Below, piece by piece: positions 1 to 9,109 of a stretch of DNA of 64,000 bases. Source of the DNA: a virus. The stretch is taken from positions 19,367 through 83,366 of the IMG/VR virus record IMGVR_UViG_3300042445_001604; one strand, 5' to 3'. A program made the translations under genes and the position numbers. Each line of letters starts with the position of its first letter. Within the stretch, counting starts at the first letter, position 1. Under the pieces are notes generated by a model. That model saw only the letters and a program-made list of their open reading frames with translations, searched no databases and was not told the DNA's origin.

Positions 1-1721
1 AGAATTCGACCCATTTGCCCAAAAAACTCTAGCATCGGCTTGACGTTCTCATTGACCGCTGCAAAGTAGTCTTTGAGGCCAGAACCGTTGACCCCGTCAC
101 GCAAATCATTGGCTGCACGGAGGCCGTCCGTGAGCCAGACAACCATCTCTCGGCCCGGAGAACCGTCCCCAAGGTTGGCTCCAATAATCTGACCAATTAG
201 TCGGAATACTTCACCAAAGTACGCACCAAATTCGGCAGCAGCGTCTCCAGCAGTTTGGAAAAACTGAGCGAGACTTCCATCCTTGTCTAGGTCTTTGAGA
301 TAGTTGTTGAAGTTCTCAAAACCCTCCACAATCCAGTTGACAAATCGCTCCGCAACAGGAGCAGCCGCGTTCATTAGGCGGATAAAAATTTGCGTCAAAA
401 GACCAAATGCTTCAGCCAATGGCCCAAGAAGTCTTGCTGAGTTTTCAAAGAATATACTAATAAGTTCTATTCCTTCAGCAGACGCCAAGAAATCAGCAAC
501 TCGCACTGCAGCAACTCCCAAGGCACCGCCAATTTTTGCCAGACCGTCTCCAATAGTTGGCAAGACCTTTGTAGCAAAAGTATTAATGGCACCGCTCAGT
601 AGGGGCAAGAATGCAGCAGCCACCTGCTCTTGTACTGCCTCAAATAGTGGCTTAAGTTTGAAGACTTCTTTAACAAACTCTTTTTGAGACTTAGTGAGAC
701 CCTCAAATGGGTCAGCCCCGCCCCCTGCTGTAGCGCTCTTGCGAGCCTCAGCAAGTGCTCGCTCTGCCTCGAGTTGTGCGCGGAGCCCATCACGGACTGT
801 GCGGGCAAGGTCTGCTTCTGCTTCAGCCAATTCACGGCGAGCATCGATGACATCTTGAGTTCCCTCGACGCCACTCTCTACGTACCGCTCTTGCTCGGCA
901 GCAATGTCTGCGTTGGCATCTAGCGCCTGACGATACTGCAGTTCTGCTTGGGCGAACGCAAGTTCTGCCTCACGGCGGATACGCGAGTTTGGCGGGAGGT
1001 CCTGCACGCGGGCGAGTTCTTCTCTAGCCCGTTCAAGGTCAAGCGCTGCGCCACGCTCAGCGAGGGCTGCACGCTCGGCTTCAAAACCTAGTTGCTGGAG
1101 TTCTTCTCGACCAGCCTCGAGTGCGTCATTTAGATTGAGTTGTGCGTCGGTAATTCGGTTGTTAGCATTGATAATTGATTCATTGTTTTGCTCGATGACC
1201 TGCGCAAGACGTTCCTGTGCTCGGCGGATTGCGTCAGTTGCCTTGGCAGCGCCACCACCACCCTTGCCCATTGCGCCAAGGGCCTGCATTACCCCACCTA
1301 GGGCAATCTTGGCAGACAGCATTGCCAGTCCCATTGCACTCAGTACGTTACCAAGAACAATCAGAGACGAACCAGCAGCACCAGCAGCGCCCACAATAGA
1401 CACCAGAGACCCGATGAAGGCAGAGATTGCCCCCACTAGACCAGAAATCATTGGACCCAAAACAAAACCTGTCTTGGTCAGTTTCTGCCACGTCTCCCGA
1501 GCACGTTCCGCTTCAGGATACATTTTTCTAAGACCGTCAGCCAATTTACCGACAGAGTTGTTGGCACCAGACTTGTTGAATCCCTGAGAGAACCTCTCTC
1601 CCAGATTCTTACCAGCCCGGCTCCCGATAGCATCAAGTCCGCCGAATCCGTCGCTAATATCCTTACGCACTTTATTTGTTATAGCACGTACTATAATGCT
1701 GGCTTCGCCTACAACAGCCAC
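1..1721 (-). CDS. tape measure protein, N-terminal part (runs off the window)
   Basis: Open minus-strand frame from GTG at 1721 (MAVVGEASIIVRAIT...), Ala/Gly-rich with a coiled-coil stretch; directly downstream of the tail assembly chaperones. Confidence 0.85.
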   Translation of the reverse strand, partial: MAVVGEASIIVRAITNKVRKDISDGFGGLDAIGSRAGKNLGERFSQGFNKSGANNSVGKLADGLRKMYPEAERARETWQKLTKTGFVLGPMISGLVGAISAFIGSLVSIVGAAGAAGSSLIVLGNVLSAMGLAMLSAKIALGGVMQALGAMGKGGGGAAKATDAIRRAQERLAQVIEQNNESIINANNRITDAQLNLNDALEAGREELQQLGFEAERAALAERGAALDLERAREELARVQDLPPNSRIRREAELAFAQAELQYRQALDANADIAAEQERYVESGVEGTQDVIDARRELAEAEADLARTVRDGLRAQLEAERALAEARKSATAGGGADPFEGLTKSQKEFVKEVFKLKPLFEAVQEQVAAAFLPLLSGAINTFATKVLPTIGDGLAKIGGALGVAAVRVADFLASAEGIELISIFFENSARLLGPLAEAFGLLTQIFIRLMNAAAPVAERFVNWIVEGFENFNNYLKDLDKDGSLAQFFQTAGDAAAEFGAYFGEVFRLIGQIIGANLGDGSPGREMVVWLTDGLRAANDLRDGVNGSGLKDYFAAVNENVKPMLEFFGQMGRI

Positions 1722-1734
1722 GACAACTACCCTT

Positions 1735-2199
1735 CTATCCTAGGGGTGCGTCAAGAACCCCGCCAAAGGGTTTAGGACTGCTTGGGTCGAAGTCGGTCGG
1801 GGGAACGTAGCCCTTTGTGGGAGGCTTGAGCGGGTCAACAGGAGTTAGGTCTTCGAACGGCTCATCCAGTGAGTCTGCTCCAGAGATGCCACCAGAGTAT
1901 GAACCACTGGCACCAGAACTTTGTGCTACTCGAAAATACCTGTACGAACGACCGTACATGTCGGAGTACATCTTTTTTCGGAATCCTTCGCGCGTCTGAA
2001 GATGCTCTTGGCTCACGAAAACAGAGTCTTCTTCGAAGATGTAGTGGATAACGTCTAGCATATCGCTGTACTCCATCTCCTTCAAATTTAGTCCGTGTAT
2101 GAGGGCTTTACCGTTGACGTAAGGCCAGAGGTCAATTGCCCAAGTTAAGAGGCCTCTGGCTGCTGTTCCGGGCGTGACGAATACTCTCCCATGAGCCAC
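1735..2199 (-). CDS. tail assembly chaperone, second (probably frameshift-accessed) ORF
   Basis: Overlaps the end of 2145..2486 in the -1 frame and precedes the TMP: lambda G/GT-type arrangement. Confidence 0.7.
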   Translation of the reverse strand: MAHGRVFVTPGTAARGLLTWAIDLWPYVNGKALIHGLNLKEMEYSDMLDVIHYIFEEDSVFVSQEHLQTREGFRKKMYSDMYGRSYRYFRVAQSSGASGSYSGGISGADSLDEPFEDLTPVDPLKPPTKGYVPPTDFDPSSPKPFGGVLDAPLG

Positions 2200-2486
2200 C
2201 CAACAATTTCGCTGAGGGTCTCGACTGTGACGACGCGGTCAGGGTCATTTGTTAGTTCTTCGAATCGGTCAAAACTTTCCTTTACAAGGACGTTCTGAAA
2301 GAACTCGTTAATCATCTTTGCAGCAGCAGCAGGGTCATCGCTTGATGCGTCAACAGCCATGTTGAGCATTGCCTTGCCTTGAAGTTGAGGACGGCACTGA
2401 AACTCTTCTCCGTGAATACGGAACGCAATCGGCTCATCGCTGTTGAGTCCAGTTCCCTTGCCAAAATCTTTAAATCGAGCGACCAT
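2145..2486 (-). CDS. tail assembly chaperone
   Basis: 113 aa, acidic, AAGGAG RBS, position upstream of the TMP. Confidence 0.75.
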   Translation of the reverse strand: MVARFKDFGKGTGLNSDEPIAFRIHGEEFQCRPQLQGKAMLNMAVDASSDDPAAAAKMINEFFQNVLVKESFDRFEELTNDPDRVVTVETLSEIVGWLMGEYSSRPEQQPEAS

Positions 2487-2559
2487 TGTTTTGTCTCCTT
2501 GTTGTATTCGTTAAATGTGACTTACGTCTTGTATACATTCTACCCCATAAAGCATTCAA

Positions 2560-2964
2560 CTATCCCCTAAAGTGGATGAGTTGAGCACTAAGATACGGGT
2601 TAGGTTTTGTTCCTGGGTGCATCACAGAGTTTCTAAAAATAACAACTCCGCGTTGCTGGAAGCGAAGGGCCTTACCTTCGTTTGGCACAATTATGTGGGG
2701 CCGAGTTCCTTGATGATGCATGAGGGCGTGGGGGGCACTGGCTTTTAGACCAGCGTACTGACCAGTAGCATTTCTCAAGTGATACCAAGAAATACTTTTT
2801 TGTAGTCTACCCGTGCGGACACCAACCATCCGCCTAGCACCAGTAAGCGCTGGGATTCTTTTACTTTCTATGTGTCTCCACAGACCACCATTTGGCTTGT
2901 TAAGTTCTACCTCAACATTTCTTGCTATAGCGCTGGTATTTATGTTGAGCGACACGCTAAACAT
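2560..2964 (-). CDS. HK97 gp10-like neck/tail completion protein
   Basis: TGRLQKSI and HQGT...HPGTKPNPYL motifs typical of this family. Confidence 0.7.
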   Translation of the reverse strand: MFSVSLNINTSAIARNVEVELNKPNGGLWRHIESKRIPALTGARRMVGVRTGRLQKSISWYHLRNATGQYAGLKASAPHALMHHQGTRPHIIVPNEGKALRFQQRGVVIFRNSVMHPGTKPNPYLSAQLIHFRG

Positions 2965-3473
2965 TAGGGGACCGCCATTGTTATTTCAAGAGTTGATGTT
3001 TGGAATCCGCCCTCAGGGCCCTCAGCAGCGAGAGTGGCAATGACGCCAAGCCCGTAACCTGTCTCGTCCCAGACATCGAGGTCGTTGATGGACTGCATCA
3101 GAACCCAAGAATCGACAGCGGCGATTTCAGATGACGCCGAGATAGAATCTCCTGTCGGAGCGCGACCATTTACCCCAACTGTGGGGACCTCTCGTGAAAT
3201 AGAGATGCTTAGGGTCGCACTACGTGGGTTGTTGCATCGACGTGGCTCAGTTGCTTGGTCCCCAGGGGAGCCCAAGTACATCTGAAGAAAAGAAACAACA
3301 AGTTGCTCACAGTCAATTGCAGGCTGTCCAATCATCCAGTATTGACGCTTCGGGAGTGGCACACCGTATGATTCAAACACAGTAACGACTCGAGCGAGGA
3401 CGGCATCCAACATAACCTTCAGGTCAAGAGCGCCCTCGTCGATGTCATAGTCTCCGAGTTTGACGTAAGACAT
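2964..3473 (-). CDS. putative tail terminator / head-tail joining protein
   Basis: 169 aa, located in the neck gene cluster. Confidence 0.55.
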   Translation of the reverse strand: MSYVKLGDYDIDEGALDLKVMLDAVLARVVTVFESYGVPLPKRQYWMIGQPAIDCEQLVVSFLQMYLGSPGDQATEPRRCNNPRSATLSISISREVPTVGVNGRAPTGDSISASSEIAAVDSWVLMQSINDLDVWDETGYGLGVIATLAAEGPEGGFQTSTLEITMAVP

Positions 3474-3475
3474 TA

Positions 3476-3634
3476 TTACGCCTCGTCTGCTACCTCAACC
3501 TCGGCCTCAACGACCTCGGCTACGGGTTCAAAAAATCGCGGAGCAACCTTCTCAGGTGCAAACCTTTGGGGTGCAACAGGAGTGGCGGGTTTTGCGTTGG
3601 GCATGTCACCAGAGGTGAAGTTTGTCATAGCCAT
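3476..3634 (-). CDS. small acidic hypothetical protein (52 aa)
   Basis: ATG at 3634 with AGGAAA RBS; fills the gap between flanking genes; below the ORF-track cutoff. Confidence 0.6.
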   Translation of the reverse strand: MAMTNFTSGDMPNAKPATPVAPQRFAPEKVAPRFFEPVAEVVEAEVEVADEA

Positions 3635-3648
3635 GTGTTTTTCCTAAC

Positions 3649-4713
3649 TTATGAAAGTGAAATCTGGAGGTTTCCAGAAGCCAATGATACTAGTGTACCG
3701 TTCTTCTCTGCATACAAGTCCCATACGCCTGGGTCTACTGCACGCAAGACGTTATAGGCGTCTACGTAGTTGATAGTCACCCCAATTGTCTGAGCACCAG
3801 TGTTGAGAACCACCTGAGAAGAGGGGATATTCGCTGAAACAGTTTCACTCCAGTTATAGACAGTGACGCTCAGGGTCCAACCCGCTTCAGAGAGCAGAAA
3901 TGCCCCACCGACGCTTGCAAGCGGGAGTGTGACAGAGTCAGAACCACCTGCAGGAATCTCGAGGTCGAGCGATGACGTGGCGAATTTTAAGGGCTTCGGA
4001 TTGTACCGACGACCCCTTGGAACGTCTACAGAGAAGACTCGTGACCGCTGAGAGGCCTTTGCGGGGTTGGCAGTCTTGAGGAACAAATCGACCTCGTAGA
4101 CACCAGTTTTGATGTCATCAATGAAGTCTTGGGAATCCAAGAGGGTGTACGAAACTCCCTGACGAGAGATTGATGTAACGCGTCGGGGCAGAGCACAATC
4201 CTCATCGCCAGCCCAGAGTTTCGCGAACTCACGAGCCAACGTCCGCGCAGCCATACGACCAGCAACGGGCGGGGGAGTTCCGTACGAGTATGTAATTTCT
4301 ACGTTGTAAGGGTTCCACAGCGTTGCGTTGTAGAACTGAATCGTAGAGTTGTCAACAAGGACATAGTCACTGGGAGAAATAACGGTTCCGTTGTCGAGAC
4401 GAACAGTGTGAATTTCCGTCACAGGGCGGGCACGAAGTCGAATACGCGCCTCAGGCGACGTCCACTCCTGTGCGTAAAGCATGACATTTCGAACCTCGCC
4501 CTTGTACAGCGTGGCAATGTTGGTCTTAGTCGAAAGGCCTGGAAGAGTTCCAATAGTGTTTCGGATGTAGCGTTCAGTAGTCGTCCCAGTACCAAAGTAC
4601 TTACGACCAGACATTGCCCACAACAGGTACGACGCAACTCGGCATGCCTCTTCGGCATACTCAGAGTTAGACATGTCGCCAAGTTCACTTGGCTGAACCC
4701 ATAATGCGGTCAT
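3649..4713 (-). CDS. head-to-tail adaptor with C-terminal extension
   Basis: ASYLLWAMSGR...YSYGTPPP...RVTSISRQGVS pattern of actinophage adaptors; synteny. Confidence 0.7.
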   Translation of the reverse strand: MTALWVQPSELGDMSNSEYAEEACRVASYLLWAMSGRKYFGTGTTTERYIRNTIGTLPGLSTKTNIATLYKGEVRNVMLYAQEWTSPEARIRLRARPVTEIHTVRLDNGTVISPSDYVLVDNSTIQFYNATLWNPYNVEITYSYGTPPPVAGRMAARTLAREFAKLWAGDEDCALPRRVTSISRQGVSYTLLDSQDFIDDIKTGVYEVDLFLKTANPAKASQRSRVFSVDVPRGRRYNPKPLKFATSSLDLEIPAGGSDSVTLPLASVGGAFLLSEAGWTLSVTVYNWSETVSANIPSSQVVLNTGAQTIGVTINYVDAYNVLRAVDPGVWDLYAEKNGTLVSLASGNLQISLS

Positions 4714-4738
4714 GCTACATCCTGTCTATAAAGTGAAC

Positions 4739-4776
4739 GGTGGTGCGCCCATGAGAAGTCCCACAGACGCACCACC
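4739..4776 (-). terminator. stem-loop downstream of major tail gene
   Basis: GGTGGTGCG...CGCACCACC inverted repeat. Confidence 0.5.
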
Positions 4777-4788
4777 TTGGAGGTCCGA

Positions 4789-5856
4789 TTAGGAGGTCGG
4801 GTCTTCCACGGAGTTGATGATGTAATCGATGGGGTTGTCAGCGTTGTACTCGAGGTTACCGGGTACGTTGAAGTCATCGTTGAGGTTGACATCGTCCGCG
4901 TCAGGCAATGCGAGCGTTGCGACCTCGACGTACTGACGTGCAGCGGCAGCCAGACCAGAAGCAGGCGCGTTCGAGGAGATTATGCTTCCCGAACGAGCGA
5001 AACTGAAGGTGTCGGTGGTTACCTGAGTGATGGTCTGAACACCATTGAGGGCAGCGTTGCAACCAGAAACGGTAACAACCTGTCCAACCTTGAATCCGTG
5101 TGCAGCAGAGGTGAGCGTACCCAAAATCGCGGTTGCAGCCTCGTTAGAGACAGTTTTCGTCGAAGCATCGTACCACTGGTAGAAGCCCTTGACTCCAGTA
5201 GGTGCCCAGTCCGAACGAGCGTACGAATAGGGGCGCTCTGAAGCAACAGGGAATTCCCAGCGTCCGTCGAGTCCGTCTCCGAACAACGAGTTTCCGAGTC
5301 CGTAGCCTTCGAAGGTGTTGGCGAGCATGCCGTTTTCGATAACACGGTCACCCGACTGACGCATCTTGACGTACGGGAAGACCCAGTGGAAGTAGGGGTT
5401 GTCCTCGTCCTTCTTGCCACCCTTGATGGCGAACGACCAAGCCTCAATGGCAACACCGTTACCAGCAGGGTCGTCTCCAACGCCGGGCGAAGCCCAACCA
5501 ATCGAGAGGGTCGAAGCAGCCGAGTTGGCAAGCGACGAACCGTAGTTCTTGCGGAGCAAGAGACCACCCGAGAGAAGGTTGGTGAGTTCGGGGTCGGGCT
5601 CACAGATGGCGAGTTCCATCGTGATTCGCTTGAGTGTGTCAGGGGCCTTGTAAGAAACACAGATGGCTCCATTAGCGCTCTTTTCCGTCATCTCGTCGCC
5701 CTCTTCATATTCGGGGGTAAACGAGAGACGCATGAATGCCGAGGTGACATACGAGTCACCAGGGTTGTTCAGCAGTGCACCAGTCGAGTCAAGGCGGGTA
5801 ACGCGAATTGACACACCCTGAATGCTGGCTGCATATTCCTGAGTTGCAGTAGCCAT
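4789..5856 (-). CDS. major tail protein
   Basis: IRVTRLD...EEGDEMTEKSANGAICV...ELAICEPDP motifs, strong codon bias, AAGGAG RBS. Confidence 0.8.
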   Translation of the reverse strand: MATATQEYAASIQGVSIRVTRLDSTGALLNNPGDSYVTSAFMRLSFTPEYEEGDEMTEKSANGAICVSYKAPDTLKRITMELAICEPDPELTNLLSGGLLLRKNYGSSLANSAASTLSIGWASPGVGDDPAGNGVAIEAWSFAIKGGKKDEDNPYFHWVFPYVKMRQSGDRVIENGMLANTFEGYGLGNSLFGDGLDGRWEFPVASERPYSYARSDWAPTGVKGFYQWYDASTKTVSNEAATAILGTLTSAAHGFKVGQVVTVSGCNAALNGVQTITQVTTDTFSFARSGSIISSNAPASGLAAAARQYVEVATLALPDADDVNLNDDFNVPGNLEYNADNPIDYIINSVEDPTS

Positions 5857-5882
5857 TTAGACTATCTCCTTAGTTGTTGTGG

Positions 5883-6980
5883 TTATGCCGTCAGGTCTAC
5901 CCGGACAGCGAGGTGTATTGAGGTGTCAAAGTAAACCGCTGCGGGGCGGATTGCCTTTAGTCTCATGTCATTCTGGTTACCTGCCACGTCATAAGCCTGT
6001 GACAAGTTATCGTTGACGACATCAACATCACCAAGATAAGTCTTGACAGTGCCAGTGGCGTACATCCATTTGCTGTCGTCATCGCCCATCATCTGGATAA
6101 ATCCAGTGACCGACTCTGACGAAGCGTTAGTGAGACCCGAAATTGTGATGGTTACCGTGTCGGCGTCGATTCTGGTTACAACAGAAGTTCCGACAAGGTC
6201 ATCCTCAGAAATGTTTGCCCCAGTAACACTAAACTTCACTACATCACCGTTGACAAGTCCGTGAGCACTCGCGGTGTTGATTGTGAGGGTGTTGCCACCT
6301 GTGATAGCAGCCGTGGAGGTGGCAATGCGCGGTCCATCTCCCGAGTATCCACTACCAACAATGACAGGAGTTCCGCCCATTGTCTGGAGGTGGTCCTTGT
6401 CTTTGTTGTGGAACAGCATGTTTGAGTTGCTCGACAAGAGTGCCATGACGTCGCGCGTCATGTGGATGATTCCCTGCTCTCCACCGTGTGAAGTAGTTGC
6501 AATCGTGTGCTCTAGAAGTGCCAGTGCCCGCTTTGGCGAAAGCGCTGTACCTGAGTTGAGAACCGAAGCAGTGGAGCCGATAAGTGCTTTGTTGTCCTCA
6601 GACTGAGCGATACGAACATCGCCGTTCCACAACTCGCGCTCCATTGCTTTTTGAGTAACGCCCTCTAATTGACGCTTGAGACGAGCAATTCGGTCAAGTC
6701 CTAAAAATCCAAGTCCAGAGCGAACTTCGTCGATTTCGATGAAGAACGGCTTGATTTCGTCGTAATAGTTGACAGTGGCATTGTTTACAAGAACATAACT
6801 ATTGGTGTCTGTGTCGTCCCAGTTAGTGAGGGTGTCAACAGTTGTTTCATATTCCTGAGAAAATCCTCTAATCCAGCGGTCTTCGTCAGCCGAGTTTTCG
6901 GGCTTGACGACAGCAAGCAAACCAAAAGCGGAGGGCACGATAGCGGGTGCCTCTACAACGCCATTATTTGGGAAAGCCAT
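5883..6980 (-). CDS. minor capsid / head decoration protein
   Basis: Immediately after the major capsid; ALALLE...GIIH...GTPVIVGSGY...WMYATG motif pattern. Confidence 0.6.
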   Translation of the reverse strand: MAFPNNGVVEAPAIVPSAFGLLAVVKPENSADEDRWIRGFSQEYETTVDTLTNWDDTDTNSYVLVNNATVNYYDEIKPFFIEIDEVRSGLGFLGLDRIARLKRQLEGVTQKAMERELWNGDVRIAQSEDNKALIGSTASVLNSGTALSPKRALALLEHTIATTSHGGEQGIIHMTRDVMALLSSNSNMLFHNKDKDHLQTMGGTPVIVGSGYSGDGPRIATSTAAITGGNTLTINTASAHGLVNGDVVKFSVTGANISEDDLVGTSVVTRIDADTVTITISGLTNASSESVTGFIQMMGDDDSKWMYATGTVKTYLGDVDVVNDNLSQAYDVAGNQNDMRLKAIRPAAVYFDTSIHLAVRVDLTA

Positions 6981-7016
6981 GTGATGAATCCTTAAAGTTT
7001 AGGTTTTGTCCTGTAG

Positions 7017-7048
7017 CAGGGGTGACCTCCGAAGAGGCCACCCCCGCT
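7017..7048 (-). terminator. stem-loop after major capsid gene
   Basis: GGGGTG-CCTC-CGAA-GAGG-CACCCC inverted repeat. Confidence 0.55.
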
Positions 7049-7067
7049 GACGAGGGTTATCGAACTA

Positions 7068-8987
7068 TTAGAGTTCGATGGTTGCTGCTGCGGTTCCACC
7101 AGTGGTGTCGCGGAGGGCTGCTGCCGCACCGTTGACGCTGATGGTCGAGGTGATGGCGAGAGACTCGACACCAACCTTTGCGACGCCTTCGAAGGTTTCA
7201 ACGAACATCTTGTAGTCGTTGGTTCCGACGAGGGTCGAGTCGCGGATGATACCGAGGTCCAGCGTTCCACCGTCGAGGAACAAGAAGGTTCCTTCGGCGA
7301 ACAGGTACCACGTGAACGAGTTTGCGAACCCAGTGAGTGCTGCTGCACCCTGCGAGGCGTAAACACCGAGGTCGAGCGACGGAATCAGGTCGATGTTTGC
7401 CTGAGCGACGAAACCGTCGATTTCAGAGTTCGAGATTCCGAGGTTCGAGTCACCGGGCATGTTCAGGATGAGGTCAGCCGACATAGCGTCGTAAACCCAT
7501 GCAGGAACAATTGCCTTCAACTGAGTGTCAGCCGCGATGCGGTGACGCGAACGGTATCCTGCTGCTGCACGGCGCAACTGAACGAGGAAGTCGCGACCAA
7601 AACCGATGAGGTTGGTGGTCGTAACAGCCGTCGAAGCGGTTCCGATTGCGGAGGTGAGGTTCTGCTCAGCCTCACGTGCGTGCTGGATGAGTCCGAGTTC
7701 GTTGTGACGAGCAAGGAGTTCCGGGTACGCACGAGTGAACAGGTTACCGAACTGCATCTGGAGGGTCACAGCGTCAGTGTTAGCCGTGGTCTCCGTAGCA
7801 GCCGAAACCGTGAGGCTCGCCTTGGTGTCGCTTGACGGAGTGATGTCCGTCGCGTTGCTCCAGATTCCAACCGCGTTCGCGTAAGACGAAAGCACGGGCG
7901 GAACGACGAAGCGGATACCGCCACGGTCTGCCTGGAAACGGGGGAGAGCGTCACGCACGGGGCGGACGTTCGTACCGAGACCAAAGACGTCGTACTTCAC
8001 CTGGAAAGGCGTAGCGTGTCCACCCGATGCAACGAGTGCTTCGGCTCCGACGACGTTCTGAATCTTGGCGAGGTTGGCTTCGGCGTCTGTGGTCAGAACG
8101 CGGTCTTCCGGGTAAGACGTTGAGAACGATGCCACGATGTGCTGTTCTCCGTCTCCTCCATTAACGCGACGGAGGGTGTGGAGACGCTTCTCCATTGCCT
8201 CGGCTACGCCGTGGAGGTCTTTGATGGTGCTGCCAGCCGTGTAACCGGGGATGTCAGCGCCAGCCGTGATTGCCACGGATGCGAACGCAACTTCCTCGGC
8301 GACGGGACGACGGTCAGCGGGAGCCTCGAAGGCACCTTCTGCTGCGGCGGTCACTGTTGCCTCTTCCTGCGCCTCTTCGGACGCAATTTCTTGGGGGGTT
8401 TCTTGAATTGATGCTTCTGCTTCTGCAGGAGCGTCTTCGGCTTCTCCGTCTTCAGGGTCTGCTGAAGCGACAACAGCGTCATCCGCTGCCTCTACTTCTG
8501 CTTCTCCATCTTCGGGGTCACCAGAGTTTGATGCTTCGGCGAGTTCGTCAACTTCGACCGACGCTTCGGCTACTGCCTCTTCGTCAACCGATGCCTCGGA
8601 CTCGTCCTCTGCCTCAATGGAAGTCTCGTCGACCGAATACTTGGTCATCTCGTCTTCCTTTGCTTCGTCAGCCATCGGAGCCTTTTCGGCATCCTCGGCT
8701 TCCTCTGCTGGCACAACTTCTTCGCTAGGCATGTCTTCACCCTTGACGCGCATTGCAGCCTCGGCTGCTTGCTGGGTGAGTTCTACTGCCATCGTCTCAC
8801 GACGTGTCATTTCGCCACGAACCGTGTCGAGCATGTCTGCGAGTTCAGTCATGGCAGCAACATTGTCCGAAGTCTGCTCTTCCGATGCATACCTGTCGAA
8901 CTCAGCGACCATGTTGTCTGCCAGTTCGGTGATTGCTTCATCACCGAGTTCTGCCAGTTGGTCTAACTGTGATTTGATGCTGTCCAC
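7068..8987 (-). CDS. major capsid protein with N-terminal acidic scaffold domain
   Basis: 639 aa; helical plus very acidic N-terminus, then LVASGG...PVRDALPRFQADRGGI...LDGGTLDLGIIRDSTL capsid motifs; strong codon bias. Confidence 0.85.
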   Translation of the reverse strand: MDSIKSQLDQLAELGDEAITELADNMVAEFDRYASEEQTSDNVAAMTELADMLDTVRGEMTRRETMAVELTQQAAEAAMRVKGEDMPSEEVVPAEEAEDAEKAPMADEAKEDEMTKYSVDETSIEAEDESEASVDEEAVAEASVEVDELAEASNSGDPEDGEAEVEAADDAVVASADPEDGEAEDAPAEAEASIQETPQEIASEEAQEEATVTAAAEGAFEAPADRRPVAEEVAFASVAITAGADIPGYTAGSTIKDLHGVAEAMEKRLHTLRRVNGGDGEQHIVASFSTSYPEDRVLTTDAEANLAKIQNVVGAEALVASGGHATPFQVKYDVFGLGTNVRPVRDALPRFQADRGGIRFVVPPVLSSYANAVGIWSNATDITPSSDTKASLTVSAATETTANTDAVTLQMQFGNLFTRAYPELLARHNELGLIQHAREAEQNLTSAIGTASTAVTTTNLIGFGRDFLVQLRRAAAGYRSRHRIAADTQLKAIVPAWVYDAMSADLILNMPGDSNLGISNSEIDGFVAQANIDLIPSLDLGVYASQGAAALTGFANSFTWYLFAEGTFLFLDGGTLDLGIIRDSTLVGTNDYKMFVETFEGVAKVGVESLAITSTISVNGAAAALRDTTGGTAAATIEL

Positions 8988-9109
8988 TGTACCTCCTCTA
9001 GGCCAGTTGGGGTATTGAATACCAATACCTTATGGATAGTCTGAGGTAAAGGGACTGGCACAAATAGATTATGCAAGGCACTCCACCCAGAGTCTATATT
9101 ACACTACTT

